This document shows, one piece after another, positions 1 through 10,151 of a DNA stretch of 49,023 nucleotides. The stretch comes from an uncultured Bacilli bacterium (GTDB lineage Bacteria; Bacillota_I; Bacilli_A; RF39; UBA660): contig CALVOU010000004.1 in the NCBI GenBank assembly GCA_944350365.1, positions 1-49,023 of the forward strand, given 5' to 3'. The notes under the pieces are model-generated. The model made no database searches, was not told where the DNA came from, and saw only the letters and a program-made list of their open reading frames with translations. The position numbers and the translations under genes are program-made. Every line of letters starts with the position of its first letter. Position 1 is the first letter of the stretch.

Positions 1-154
1 ATTATCTCACTCCTGCCCAATACAAAAATTTACATTTTCAAAAATAAATTGTCTACTTTTTCTTGACTTATGCAATTTCTTTCACTTTTTTCTCCAAAAA
101 ATAAACCAAAGAAGTTATAATAATGGACGAGATTGGAAAACAGGTGGTGGTAGT

Positions 155-694
155 ATGAATTCGTGGTTAGATCAAATACGATTAGATCACACCTTAAGGA
201 AATTACAACAAGAGGATAAAAAGGCTTGGGAAGAAATCTATCAACTTTTATATCCGTCTATTTTTCGCTATACTTTTTCCCTTGTTAAAGATTACCACCA
301 AGCAGAAGATATCACTCAAGAAGTATTTATTCGAATTGAACGCTATAAGAAACGTTATATTCCCGGTACTAACGTTAAAGCTTGGGTTTACCAGATGACG
401 AAAAATCTGATTTATACGAAATTACATCAAAAGAAAGAAATTACTCTAGACGAAGAAAAATTAGATTTTCTTATCCATCAAGAATACTTGAAACCTTCTA
501 CTGATTTATCTTTTGTGAATGATGCTTTAAATTGTCTAACAGAAAAAGAAAAACAAGTCGTAACTCTTCATCTTTATGGCGGATTAAAACACTATGAAAC
601 CGCTAAAGTATTACGCCTACCCTATTCCAAAGTTCGTTCTATATACGCTTATGCGTTAACGAAAATCAGAAAAAAGTTAGGGGGAAGATTATGA
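155..694 (+). CDS. ECF (group 4) RNA polymerase sigma factor
   Basis: 179 aa. Region 2 motif AEDITQEVFIRI..KAWVYQMTKN; region 4 HTH LTEKEKQVVTLHLYGGLKHYETAKVL; no region 3. Confidence 0.93.
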   Translation: MNSWLDQIRLDHTLRKLQQEDKKAWEEIYQLLYPSIFRYTFSLVKDYHQAEDITQEVFIRIERYKKRYIPGTNVKAWVYQMTKNLIYTKLHQKKEITLDEEKLDFLIHQEYLKPSTDLSFVNDALNCLTEKEKQVVTLHLYGGLKHYETAKVLRLPYSKVRSIYAYALTKIRKKLGGRL

Positions 695-1221
695 ATAGGC
701 GCTTAGAAAAAAAGTTAAAGAAAAGTTTAGATATTTATTTACCAAACGATTATTCTAAGAAAAAAGATCTGCATTTTGTTTATCTATATGCGAGTATCTT
801 ACTTTTATTTGGATGTTCTTTTTTGATTCGACCAATCACACTCTATTTTGATTCTGAACTTTATCTTCCAGTTACTGCGATGCGAACAGATTATTATTTA
901 GAAACTACTCTTGGTGATTACCCCATCTGGCACGAAGATGGAAAAACGGAATATCAATATCTACAAAATGAAAGTAACTTAACTATTTATTATCAAAGAG
1001 AAAATCCCGTCTATTTAACGATTCAAAAACAAGAATTACCTATATCACTTGATACAAAGAGTTCAAAGATTGATGGTACTTTAGTTTATCTTGCTTATCA
1101 AAAGGATATCTATCAAGCAATTTGGGAACATAATGGATATACGATAATTGTACAGATGAATAGTAGTAGAAATCAATTTATTCAAGAAATTAAAACAATT
1201 ATGGAGGAGAATTTATCATGA
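691..1221 (+). CDS. Putative single-pass anti-sigma factor / membrane protein
   Basis: ATGA overlap with the ECF sigma gene. Short basic cytoplasmic N-terminus, one TM helix and an extracellular domain, the usual anti-sigma topology. Function inferred from position. Confidence 0.55.
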   Translation: MNRRLEKKLKKSLDIYLPNDYSKKKDLHFVYLYASILLLFGCSFLIRPITLYFDSELYLPVTAMRTDYYLETTLGDYPIWHEDGKTEYQYLQNESNLTIYYQRENPVYLTIQKQELPISLDTKSSKIDGTLVYLAYQKDIYQAIWEHNGYTIIVQMNSSRNQFIQEIKTIMEENLS

Positions 1222-1679
1222 AAAAAATAATTATTGGTTTATGTATTGTACTTAGTGTATTTATGATGACTGGATGTGGTCAAAAAGAAAAAAATATTGA
1301 AGGGTCATTAGAAGAGATCATGACGAAAGTATATGAAGGAATTTCTGAAGATGAATTACCTATGATGCTTTCGAATATGGAAATCACAGATGAAAATATT
1401 GAAAATTATCTAGGAACAAAAAATATTGATTATCAAGAGGCTTTAGCTTCTGAATCTATGGTTGGTTCTATCGCTCACTCTGTTGTTTTGGTTCGTATGG
1501 CAAATGGTGCCGATATTGAGGAGGCAAAGACATTAATTAAAGAAAAAGCTAATCCTAGAAAATGGATCTGTGTAGAAGCAGAAAATGTTTATGTAGAAAG
1601 TAAAGGCAACTTAATCATTCTCATCATGAGTGGTGAACTTGCCGATACAATTAAGACAAATTTTGAACAATTATCTTAA
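1218..1679 (+). CDS. Lipoprotein (DUF4358-like) associated with MBOAT/DHHW operons
   Basis: Lipobox MMTG-C; motif ESMVGSIAHSVVLVR..NPRKWICV; lies directly upstream of the MBOAT gene. Confidence 0.7.
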   Translation: MKKIIIGLCIVLSVFMMTGCGQKEKNIEGSLEEIMTKVYEGISEDELPMMLSNMEITDENIENYLGTKNIDYQEALASESMVGSIAHSVVLVRMANGADIEEAKTLIKEKANPRKWICVEAENVYVESKGNLIILIMSGELADTIKTNFEQLS

Positions 1680-1725
1680 CATGAGAAAAATACCGGGATT
1701 TTTCTTCTAAAGGAGTAACATAATT

Positions 1726-3120
1726 ATGGTTTTTTCCAGTATTACTTTTTTATTTTATTTTTTACCTATCGTCTTATTCTGTTATTATGTATTGTTTCGT
1801 AAATATAAAAATACGGTTTTGCTACTAGCTAGTTTGTTTTTCTATTTTTATGGAGAACCAAAGTATATTTTCGTTCTACTATTTTCCTGCTTTATCAACT
1901 ATTTCTGTGGAAGATTAATCGAAAAAATACCGAAATATCGAACACTAATTTTAGTTATTGATTTAGTGATTAGCTTCGGATTATTATTATATTTTAAATA
2001 TTTTGGTTTTCTGGTAGAGAATTTAAATACTATTTTTTCCTTAGAAATGGTTATTCCTCATATCGTAATGCCGATTGGGATTAGTTTTTTCACCTTCCAG
2101 GCAACTAGTTATACAATTGATATTTATCGTGGCGAAGTGAAAAGTGCGAAAAACTTCTGGTCATTTACGACTTATCTTTCGCTTTTTCCACAATTAGTAG
2201 CTGGACCGATTGTCCGTTATGAAACTGTTCAAAATGAATTAGAACAACGAACTGAGTCAAAAGAAACATTCGCATCAGGGGTTAGGCGTTTTACGATAGG
2301 ATTAGCGAAGAAAGTTCTACTAGCTAATGTTCTTGGTGAACTAGTGGCTATTTTGGCCGATATCAGTGTTTCCTCTATTTTATCTTATTGGATTCAAGCA
2401 ATTGCGATTACCCTACAACTCTACTTTGATTTTTCTGGTTACTCAGATATGGCGATTGGATTAGGATTAATGTTTGGTTTTCATTTTTTAGAAAACTTTA
2501 ATTATCCGTTAATTGCCAAAAGTATTACTGATTTTTGGCGTAGGTGGCATATCTCTTTATCTACTTGGTTTAAAGACTATGTCTATATTCCGTTAGGGGG
2601 AAATCGAAAAGGAATTATCAGGCAATGTTTCAATATTCTCATTGTTTGGTGCCTAACTGGTTTATGGCACGGTGCGAGTTGGAACTTTGTGATTTGGGGA
2701 CTTTATTTTGGAGTATTACTGATCATTGAGAAAACATTATTAAAGAAAGTATTGAAACTTCATCCTTATCTAGCTAGAATTTATACTTTTATTTTGATTG
2801 TGATTAGTTTCGTTATTTTCCATTTTGACGATTATCACGAACTTATTTTATTTTTAAAGGGGATGTTTGGCTTCTTATCTATACCATTAGTTAGTCAGGA
2901 GACAATATATTATCTAAGAAGCTATGGGGTTGTTTTACTAGTTAGCTTATTTGCGATTTCGCCACTTGGAAAAAGGTTTGTTCATTCTTTAATGTGTAAG
3001 CCTCGTTTTAAACATGTAATCGACGTACTTGAAGTTGGTTACTACTTTGTTTTACTTTTTGTTTCGGTTAGCTTTTTAGTTGATGAAGCTTATAACCCTT
3101 TCTTATATTTTAGATTTTAG
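1726..3120 (+). CDS. MBOAT family O-acyltransferase (AlgI/PatA/DltB-like)
   Basis: Start MVFSSITFLFYFLP; motifs PIGISFFTFQ, FPQLVAGPIVRY, DFSGYSDMAIG, DFWRRWHISLS and catalytic GLWHGA; ends NPFLYFRF. Confidence 0.95.
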   Translation: MVFSSITFLFYFLPIVLFCYYVLFRKYKNTVLLLASLFFYFYGEPKYIFVLLFSCFINYFCGRLIEKIPKYRTLILVIDLVISFGLLLYFKYFGFLVENLNTIFSLEMVIPHIVMPIGISFFTFQATSYTIDIYRGEVKSAKNFWSFTTYLSLFPQLVAGPIVRYETVQNELEQRTESKETFASGVRRFTIGLAKKVLLANVLGELVAILADISVSSILSYWIQAIAITLQLYFDFSGYSDMAIGLGLMFGFHFLENFNYPLIAKSITDFWRRWHISLSTWFKDYVYIPLGGNRKGIIRQCFNILIVWCLTGLWHGASWNFVIWGLYFGVLLIIEKTLLKKVLKLHPYLARIYTFILIVISFVIFHFDDYHELILFLKGMFGFLSIPLVSQETIYYLRSYGVVLLVSLFAISPLGKRFVHSLMCKPRFKHVIDVLEVGYYFVLLFVSVSFLVDEAYNPFLYFRF

Positions 3121-3134
3121 GAGGAGGAATTACT

Positions 3135-4214
3135 GTGAAAGATAATTTTATTATCGGAGAATTTATTTTGTTGATTTTTGGCTTTTTTCTCTTTAGCATT
3201 CTTCTTCCTGATGAAGAAATATCTCTATCAGAGAGAAGAAAATTAGCGCAGTTTCCTAACTTTAGTGTGGATGGAATGATGAAGGGGGACTATTTTAGCG
3301 ACTTAGATCAATACTTTAGTGATCAATTTCCTTATCGCGATACATTCAGACGAATAAAAGCTTATACACAATTTTCTCTCTTTCAAAAACTAGATAATGA
3401 GGGAATCTTTATCCAAGATGATTCTGTTTTTTCGCTTAGTTCTACTTGGAATCAAAAAGAAATCGATCATTTTACCGATAAACTTACAGAGATTAAAGAA
3501 CGATATTTAACGAATCAACAAAATATCTATTATAGTGTGATTCCGGATAAGAACGCTTATTTAGAAAACACTTTATATCCAAAATTTAATTATTCTCGTT
3601 TAATTACCGAGTTAAATCACCAGTTAGATGCTGATTTTCAGTACATTGATTTATTTTCTAAACTTTCTTTAGAGGATTATTACCGAACAGATATTCATTG
3701 GCGTCAAGACAAGATCGTAGATATTGCTTCTTATTTAGTGGAAGAAATGAATCACCATTATGTAAGTAGTGAAAAAGAAAAGAGGAATTTTTCTCCTTTT
3801 TATGGTTCACTTTATGGTCAGGTAGCTCTACCTATTTCTCCTGATACGATTACTTATCTCACGAATGACACTTTAGAAAGTATTCAGGTATGGAATTTTG
3901 AAGATCAAAAGATGGAGTCTGTTTATCAACCAAATTCCAGTGATATCGATTCTTATGATCTATTCTTGTCTGGTCCCACACCGCTTTTAGAAATCGAAAA
4001 TTCAAATCAAACAGAAGGCGAACTCATTATTTTCCGCGATTCTTTTGCGAGTAGTTTGACGCCTTTAATAATTGAAAGTTATCACCATATTACTTTAATC
4101 GATCTTCGCTATATCAGTACTGATCTATTAGAGAATTTGGTTGATTTTACTAATCAGGATATCCTATTTTTATATAGTATTCCTGTTATTAATCAAAGTA
4201 ACATTTTAAAATAA
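3135..4214 (+). CDS. DHHW family / AlgJ-PatB-like extracellular O-acetyltransferase
   Basis: GTG start after AGGAGG. N-terminal TM, SERRKLAQFP, DQFPYRD, YYRTDIHW (DHHW-like), FRDSFA, LIDLRY. Confidence 0.88.
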   Translation: MKDNFIIGEFILLIFGFFLFSILLPDEEISLSERRKLAQFPNFSVDGMMKGDYFSDLDQYFSDQFPYRDTFRRIKAYTQFSLFQKLDNEGIFIQDDSVFSLSSTWNQKEIDHFTDKLTEIKERYLTNQQNIYYSVIPDKNAYLENTLYPKFNYSRLITELNHQLDADFQYIDLFSKLSLEDYYRTDIHWRQDKIVDIASYLVEEMNHHYVSSEKEKRNFSPFYGSLYGQVALPISPDTITYLTNDTLESIQVWNFEDQKMESVYQPNSSDIDSYDLFLSGPTPLLEIENSNQTEGELIIFRDSFASSLTPLIIESYHHITLIDLRYISTDLLENLVDFTNQDILFLYSIPVINQSNILK

Positions 4215-4267
4215 AAGAGTCTAGCCTCCTGCTTACAAAGAATTTGTCAGGAGCTAGATTCTTTTTT
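4213..4267. terminator. Bidirectional intrinsic terminator between convergent genes
   Basis: AAAAGAGTCTAGC-CTCCTG...CAGGAG-CTAGATTCTTTTTT imperfect inverted repeat with A and T tails. Confidence 0.8.
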
Positions 4268-4286
4268 ATTCATCATTGTATTTTTT

Positions 4287-4721
4287 CTATTTATTCTTTT
4301 TACTTAATATTTTTTCTTTGGCATAATCTTTATTCGAAGAAGAAACTATAAAATCGGGATTTATTGTTGCCACATTTGGTTCTAGTAAATAATCTAAATA
4401 TTCTTGACCAAATTTATGTAAATAAAATATTCTAACCTCTTTTTCCATTATAGATATACTTCCCACATCCACTTGCCATCCATAGGCACCTTCACCACCA
4501 CAGTCAAAAGGCCAAGAACAAATGATCGCATCATCAGTTAAGGTATAGGTGTTACCACCAGCACAAAAATTAGGTCTTGTACACTGTGGATTATAGTGAT
4601 AACTTCCTTTACTTTCGTAGGTAGAAATTGCTTCTTTTAGATCACAGTTTTTATATTCAATTAATTTTAATAAAGAGACAAACTCTTCTATATTTATTTT
4701 AGTAGAAAATTTATTATTCAT
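4287..4721 (-). CDS. Hypothetical protein
   Basis: 144-aa ORF overlapping the stop of the upstream gene, RBS AAGGAG; no recognisable family. Confidence 0.7.
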   Translation of the reverse strand: MNNKFSTKINIEEFVSLLKLIEYKNCDLKEAISTYESKGSYHYNPQCTRPNFCAGGNTYTLTDDAIICSWPFDCGGEGAYGWQVDVGSISIMEKEVRIFYLHKFGQEYLDYLLEPNVATINPDFIVSSSNKDYAKEKILSKKNK

Positions 4722-5931
4722 AGCGAACTCCTTGTTTGTCCTTTTTTTCTTTTTGTTCTATCTTTTTTGCTTGCCGTTGCCAAAGTTCTTTTAATAATGT
4801 TACGATTTCTTTAGCATCTTCTATTTCTGTTTCCTTATGGTATTCTTTCATTTCACTGAATGTTCCTGAATCACTAACAATACCTAATAGCCATTTACTT
4901 AGGATTGCTTTTTTGTATTTAAAGATCATACAACTTATTTCCCCTTCTTCAAAGGAATTCGTATATTCTATTCTGGCAGGTTTTTGTCCTAATTCTCGAA
5001 AATCAGATAACCACTCAGATAACTTTTTTTTCGCTTGTTCAATTTTATAGTTTTCTATTTTTTTGAACATATTTTTATCAACGGTTACAATAATATGTTT
5101 TGCATCAAAAATAGGATATTTCTTCTTATCGATCATTTTTTTAAAATCAGTATAAGGAATTTCTGCAGTCATTTTAAACTCTTGATTTTTATGTTCAATA
5201 ATTGCCACATTCCATGATTTAATTTTTTTAAAATAATCTTGGTCATAACCAAATGGTAAATATGGTTCTAGTGGAAATATCGATGGAACATCTTCCGTTA
5301 AAGCATATCTCGCATAATAGCTATCATCTTGGTTGTTCGTATAAATAATTGGTTTCGCAAAATAACAATCTTGTTTTTGTTTTTTGTCTAGATATAATTC
5401 AAATAAATCTGTTACTCGTTCTGGAAGTACAATTTGAACGCTTTTGATAAAACTCTTTTCGATCGTGATTGGATAAATACAGCCAAAGATAGTAAGTCCT
5501 TCTTTTAACTCTTGTCTAATATATTTTTGATTAAATGTCTTTACCTCTTGTTTTAAGCCTTCTATTTGAAAAAGTGAGTACTCTTCTCCTTCTTCAAGAA
5601 AAGTTTCTAATTCTAATTTTTCACAACAACTTTTGATAAAATGATAAAATACTTCAATATCGGTATTCGTAGCTGGATAATTAAGAACAAGTTCTATATT
5701 ATAATGATCATCCACTAGAAAACTCATTCCTCTACCATAGGTCTTTCTACTAAATAAAACAAATAACTGATTCTGGATATCTTTTTTTCCAGTATAGCTT
5801 TCTAAACAATAAGCTTGATTAGGCACACCATAATAAAGTTGTTCAGAAATTACGATTTCTTCTAATTCTTTTAACGTTATTTTCTTTTTTTTATCTGATA
5901 CTTGATGGATATTTACTACAACAGACATCAC
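4714..5931 (-). CDS. DUF4299-like protein with an extra C-terminal domain
   Basis: N-terminal about 290 aa resemble DUF4299 (YGRGMSF, YPATNTDI, YFAKP..Y, LTEDVPSIFP). C-terminal WL..ELG.KP..IE...IFKYKK..L.KWLLG...G.FSEM..Y domain recalls one seen with DUF2185-type proteins. Confidence 0.6.
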   Translation of the reverse strand: MMSVVVNIHQVSDKKKKITLKELEEIVISEQLYYGVPNQAYCLESYTGKKDIQNQLFVLFSRKTYGRGMSFLVDDHYNIELVLNYPATNTDIEVFYHFIKSCCEKLELETFLEEGEEYSLFQIEGLKQEVKTFNQKYIRQELKEGLTIFGCIYPITIEKSFIKSVQIVLPERVTDLFELYLDKKQKQDCYFAKPIIYTNNQDDSYYARYALTEDVPSIFPLEPYLPFGYDQDYFKKIKSWNVAIIEHKNQEFKMTAEIPYTDFKKMIDKKKYPIFDAKHIIVTVDKNMFKKIENYKIEQAKKKLSEWLSDFRELGQKPARIEYTNSFEEGEISCMIFKYKKAILSKWLLGIVSDSGTFSEMKEYHKETEIEDAKEIVTLLKELWQRQAKKIEQKEKKDKQGVRYE

Positions 5932-6066
5932 TATCTTCCTTTCTTTTTTACTTATGTGGAAATATTTTCTGTATATTGATGACTTTCTGTTATATATTTT
6001 ATAATCTCTTTATCCGACATCATATCGTCTAAAGTAATACTAAGCTAATTTTTATATTGTTTCTTG

Positions 6067-6569
6067 TTAACTAAAAAACGAACGATTACACCTATTCTTC
6101 ACTAATTCTATAAATATAGTTTTCTTTTCTTGGTCTAGCTTCCATTGTTCATCATTTTCAGAATGCTCTAAGTAGCCGATTTCTCTGTAGTTGCCTTTTA
6201 TTCCTAATAATTTTAATAAGTTCTTGCCTTCTTCAGTTTCAACCTCTTCTTTCGCTCTATCAATCCAGCAATTTCCTATTCCTAAGTTGTAAGTAGCAAT
6301 CATCATATAAATAAGTTGGATAATTCTTGTCAGCTAGTACGACAAGAACTACTGATACACCATAGAATGAATCACTATCTGTTTATTTGTCCTTTATTTC
6401 TTTGCTCGTGATTACAAAGATAACCGATGGCTATCTATTCATCCCCAATGGGGCATAAGTACCATCAGTTCCAACAGTTAACTTCATCGATTAATTTTTC
6501 TCTACTATACAGCTTTTACATTTTTCTTATACTTCTTCGTTCCAAAATATTCTTTATTCCTTCATTCAT
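6067..6569 (-). pseudogene. Degraded nitroreductase family pseudogene
   Basis: After a GAGG RBS, ATG at 6569 reads MNEGIKNILERRSIRK, then frameshifts and stops. Later fragments GTYA, FYGVSVVLVVLADKNYPTYLYD and ATYNLGIGNCWIDRAKEEVETEEGK lie in different frames. Confidence 0.85.
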
Positions 6570-6726
6570 CTCTATTTTCCTCTTGCTTTACTTCTTTACT
6601 ATTAAAGTACTACATTCATGAACAAAATTCAATATAAATTCTAAAAAATATTGAACTATTTTTTTAATATAATACATATATTTATATCAAATCATTTTGA
6701 TTAAATAATTGATATTACTTGCATAG

Positions 6727-6758
6727 AAAAACTCGCTTCGAATGGAAACGAGTTTTTT
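6727..6758 (-). terminator. Intrinsic terminator after the proS-hypothetical unit
   Basis: AAAAACTCG-CTTC-gaatg-GAA-A-CGAGTTTTT hairpin immediately after the stop of 6757..7587. Confidence 0.7.
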
Positions 6759-7587
6759 ATTTTACTAGTTCAACTTTATCTAAGTAATAAGTGCCATTTT
6801 CTTTGTCTTTTAAAAAAGTAAATTGGTAAGTTGGTACACTTTCGCGACAAGAATCAATACCATAGCTTTCTACAGTTGCGATTAAATCAGTAGTCTTAGA
6901 ATCACCGTAGACATAATAATAAATTTTCTTTTCTTCCAAGTTGTAATCAAAATTAATAAAGGCAACTTTTTCGCTGATGATGATCTTGTCATCCTCTTCT
7001 GTAGTATTTACTACTTCTGTATAAATTGTACTCTTAGCTAGCTCATCACAATCTGAAGGCATTTGCGTATAGAGATTATTTTCTTTATCGTATTTAAAAT
7101 CTGTATAACTACAAGCATTTCCACTTAAGGAATCATGTTTGTATTTTACATCTTTACCAAATAAAATAGTTAACGCTTTTTCTACATCAGAAGCATTGAT
7201 TTCTAGTTTCTTATCAGTATTCAAATAGGTAGTTGGATTATCTGCTACAATTTTACGAATAGCCATATATATCTTGATTTTATTATCCATATCATCAACT
7301 TTTAGCTCATCATTTTGGAAGAAATAACCATAATACTCTTCTGGCAAAGTATTTAGGTTTAGATAGTTAATTACTGTATAGTAATCTGGTGTTTTTACTT
7401 CAGCTGGGTCAGTTGGTTGAACAGTTGGTTCTGGTGTTGTTTCATTATTTTCCTTTTTGTCTTGATTAATAAAAAATAGGATTACTAAACCAATAACAAG
7501 GAGGATTAATAACCCGCAAAGACTTAACCTAATCCATTTGACGCTACTTAGTTTTTTTTCCCTTTTTTTTGTTTCTTTTTTCATCAT
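6757..7587 (-). CDS. Membrane-anchored extracellular hypothetical protein
   Basis: Lys-rich N-terminus, one TM helix, Pro/Thr linker (TTPEPTVQPTDP), extracellular domain with Cys residues. Confidence 0.8.
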   Translation of the reverse strand: MMKKETKKREKKLSSVKWIRLSLCGLLILLVIGLVILFFINQDKKENNETTPEPTVQPTDPAEVKTPDYYTVINYLNLNTLPEEYYGYFFQNDELKVDDMDNKIKIYMAIRKIVADNPTTYLNTDKKLEINASDVEKALTILFGKDVKYKHDSLSGNACSYTDFKYDKENNLYTQMPSDCDELAKSTIYTEVVNTTEEDDKIIISEKVAFINFDYNLEEKKIYYYVYGDSKTTDLIATVESYGIDSCRESVPTYQFTFLKDKENGTYYLDKVELVK

Positions 7588-7615
7588 ATTTCCCCTACTC
7601 TTCTTTTCGATTTTT

Positions 7616-9049
7616 TTAATATTGTTTTCCCCAATAGACTAAATGTTTTGCTTCTTTCCCACAACAGACGCATTTACCAATTGGTTCGTGATCATCAAAA
7701 GGAATACAACGAGAAGTTACGCCTACTTTTTCTTTAATTGTGTCTTCACATTCTCTATTTCCACACCAAGAGGCACGGATGAAGCCATTTTCCTGATTCG
7801 CTAAAGTAATCATTTCTTCTAATGTATAGACGGTTTTGGTCATATCTTCTCTTCTAATTTTCGCTCTTAAATACATACTATTTTGAATATCTAAAAGCAT
7901 TTTAATGACTTCTTCGGTAACATCACTTAAGGAAACAGTTACTTTTTCTAGTGTATCTCTCCGTACTAAGATACAAGTATCAGTTGCGACATCACGAGGA
8001 CCTATTTCAATACGAAGAGGAATCCCTCTCATTTCACTTTCCGCGAATCTAAAGCCTGGTGACTTTTCACTATCGTCCACCTCACAGCTAATGTTTAAGA
8101 GTTTTAGTTCTTTCGCAATTTCGTAACTTTTTTCTATTACCTCAGGATGATTTTTCCCAATTGGGATGATATTTACTTTAACTGGCGCGATGTTTGGTGG
8201 TAGTACTAATCCATGGTCGTCACTATGTGTCATAATCATAGCACCAATAATTCTAGTCGACATTCCCCAAGAGGTTTGATACATGTAACGAATTTTATTT
8301 TCTCTATCTAAGTATGTCATTTGAAAGGCTTTCGCAAAGTTATCTCCGAAGTAATGAGATGTTCCTGATTGAAGAGCAACTCCATTATACATTAAAGCTT
8401 CAATTGTATAGGTATTTTCTGCACCGGCAAACTTTTCCTTAGCGGTTTTCTCCCCTTTAATTACCGGAATAGCTAAAACTTCTTCACAAAAATCAGCATA
8501 GATATTTAACATTTTTAATGTTTCTTCTTGAGCTTCTTCTTTTGTTGCATGAACGGTATGCCCTTCTTGCCATAAAAATTCTCTACTTCTTAAAAACGGT
8601 CTAGTTGTTTTTTCCCAACGAACGACACTACACCACTGGTTATATAGTTTCGGTAAATCACGATAGCTTTTAACGATGCTAGCGTAATGTTCACAAAATA
8701 GGGTCTCGCTCGTTGGACGAATACATAATCTCTCGGTTAATTTTTCACTTCCCCCATGGGTAATCCAGGCTACTTCTGGGGCAAACCCTTCTACGTGATC
8801 CTTTTCCTTCTTTAATAAGGATTCAGAAATTAAAAGTGGCATATAAACATTTTGATGTCCTGTTTCTTTGAATCTCTTATCTAGTTCTTTTTGAATATTT
8901 TCCCAAATGGCAAAACCGTAAGGACGAATAATCAAACAGCCCTTTACGGAAGAGTAATCAACTAGTTCGGACTTTAAGCAAATATCTGTATACCATTTAG
9001 CAAAATCATCATCACGACTGGTAATTTCTTTTACTTGTTTTTCATTCAT
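7616..9049 (-). CDS. proS: Proline--tRNA ligase (archaeal/eukaryotic-like type)
   Basis: DFAKWY, KEKDHVEGFAPEVAW, RPTSE, RWEKTTRPFLRSREFLWQEGHT, QSGTSH, C-terminal Zn Cys residues and terminal GKQY. Confidence 0.98.
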   Translation of the reverse strand: MNEKQVKEITSRDDDFAKWYTDICLKSELVDYSSVKGCLIIRPYGFAIWENIQKELDKRFKETGHQNVYMPLLISESLLKKEKDHVEGFAPEVAWITHGGSEKLTERLCIRPTSETLFCEHYASIVKSYRDLPKLYNQWCSVVRWEKTTRPFLRSREFLWQEGHTVHATKEEAQEETLKMLNIYADFCEEVLAIPVIKGEKTAKEKFAGAENTYTIEALMYNGVALQSGTSHYFGDNFAKAFQMTYLDRENKIRYMYQTSWGMSTRIIGAMIMTHSDDHGLVLPPNIAPVKVNIIPIGKNHPEVIEKSYEIAKELKLLNISCEVDDSEKSPGFRFAESEMRGIPLRIEIGPRDVATDTCILVRRDTLEKVTVSLSDVTEEVIKMLLDIQNSMYLRAKIRREDMTKTVYTLEEMITLANQENGFIRASWCGNRECEDTIKEKVGVTSRCIPFDDHEPIGKCVCCGKEAKHLVYWGKQY

Positions 9050-9114
9050 GTTTTCACTCCCTAGTAAAATTATATAGTAAGTATAAGAATTAAAGCAACT
9101 ATTATGTTTTTTTC

Positions 9115-10080
9115 CTATTTACATACGGCTTGGCTTACTTCTAACGTCTTTTGTATTTCACTAAATGATTGTTGATAACGATATGGAGCTACTTTGCTTT
9201 CCCCTGTAGAAGTGGTAAAAGGTTCAAATGTTTCTAAATCATAGCTTTCTGTTAATGTTATTGTTAAATTATCAATTTCACAGTCGATACTATACCCTTC
9301 TTGACTAGGTGTACTAAGTGGATCTGCTTGTGTTTGACAGGTTAATTTCATTGCTTCATATTCTGCATCTTCTTGAAGATAAGTACGTGAAGTAGCAATA
9401 GAGACAGTTACAATTTTATCTTCTTTATATTCGAATGTTTGAGTTTCATTTAGCGTAAATGTTGCTTGATTAGAAGAGGGTAATGTACAAGTCGCCGTCT
9501 TTATTTTTTTCTCCTCTTCTAAAGCTTCTTGTCGTTCAGCTTCTGCTTGTTCTTGAGCCTCTTCTTCCTTACGTAATTGTTCTTCTAAAGCTGCTTGTTG
9601 TTTCTTTGTCTCTCGGGCTTGTTTATATTCATTAATATAAGGAAGTCCAAAAATAAAACCACCTAGAATGAAAAATACAAAAATAGCTAGAAGAGGACTT
9701 TTCGTCTTTTTGGGAGAACGATTGGGCGTTGATTGTTCTTTCATTAGGCTGGAAACTGGGGGGATACTTTCTGGGTTACTCGCTGTATTCCCTCCCCCAC
9801 TGATATTAGGAGGTATGTTTACTTTTGGTGCTGATGAAGAGGTGGAATTATCTGTTAGATTATTCGCTAAATTCATCCCTGGATCGGCATTTATGGTAGA
9901 TGTTGAATGCATTGATTGTGTTGGTGCTGATTGTGGGGAGATAGTATTCAAAGTACCTGTACTATTTTGAACATTGGTATTAGGATCAATTGATGATGGG
10001 CTAGAATTAGTACCTGATGGTATTGTATTGGGCTGTTCCTTTGCATTTACTTGTGGTATATTATTATTCATTTCATTCAT
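9115..10080 (-). CDS. Membrane protein: disordered N-terminus, TM, coiled coil, DUF1307/YehR-like C-terminal domain
   Basis: About 130 aa of N/S/P/T-rich sequence, TM LLAIFVFFILGGFIFGLPYI, E/Q/K coiled coil, then a TCT..ETQTFEYKEDKIVTV..C domain. Confidence 0.7.
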   Translation of the reverse strand: MNEMNNNIPQVNAKEQPNTIPSGTNSSPSSIDPNTNVQNSTGTLNTISPQSAPTQSMHSTSTINADPGMNLANNLTDNSTSSSAPKVNIPPNISGGGNTASNPESIPPVSSLMKEQSTPNRSPKKTKSPLLAIFVFFILGGFIFGLPYINEYKQARETKKQQAALEEQLRKEEEAQEQAEAERQEALEEEKKIKTATCTLPSSNQATFTLNETQTFEYKEDKIVTVSIATSRTYLQEDAEYEAMKLTCQTQADPLSTPSQEGYSIDCEIDNLTITLTESYDLETFEPFTTSTGESKVAPYRYQQSFSEIQKTLEVSQAVCK

Positions 10081-10121
10081 AATTTCATCCCCTTATTCTT
10101 TATTTATAATAGAATTATACC

Positions 10122-10150
10122 AAAAAAAAAGTACCCTTAAAAGTACTTTT
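10122..10150 (-). terminator. Intrinsic terminator of typA
   Basis: AAAAGTAC-ccttaaaa-GTACTTTT with an A9 run (U-tract on the minus strand). Confidence 0.65.
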
Positions 10151-10151
10151 C

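Noticed and set aside
1-20. Start of a divergent minus-strand gene at the left edge (AGGAGTGAG RBS then ATAAT)
   Set aside because: The coding sequence lies outside the window and cannot be supported as a feature.
6067-6621. 79-aa (6067-6306) and 64-aa (6427-6621) ORFs as independent genes
   Set aside because: The first is the 3' fragment of the nitroreductase pseudogene; the second is antisense to its 5' part.
7550-7582. Poly-T/A tracts as phase-variation switches
   Set aside because: They encode Lys-rich N-termini typical of membrane proteins in an AT-rich genome, and the frames are intact.
9050-9114. T-box riboswitch upstream of proS
   Set aside because: The intergenic gap is only about 65 bp and has no T-box consensus.
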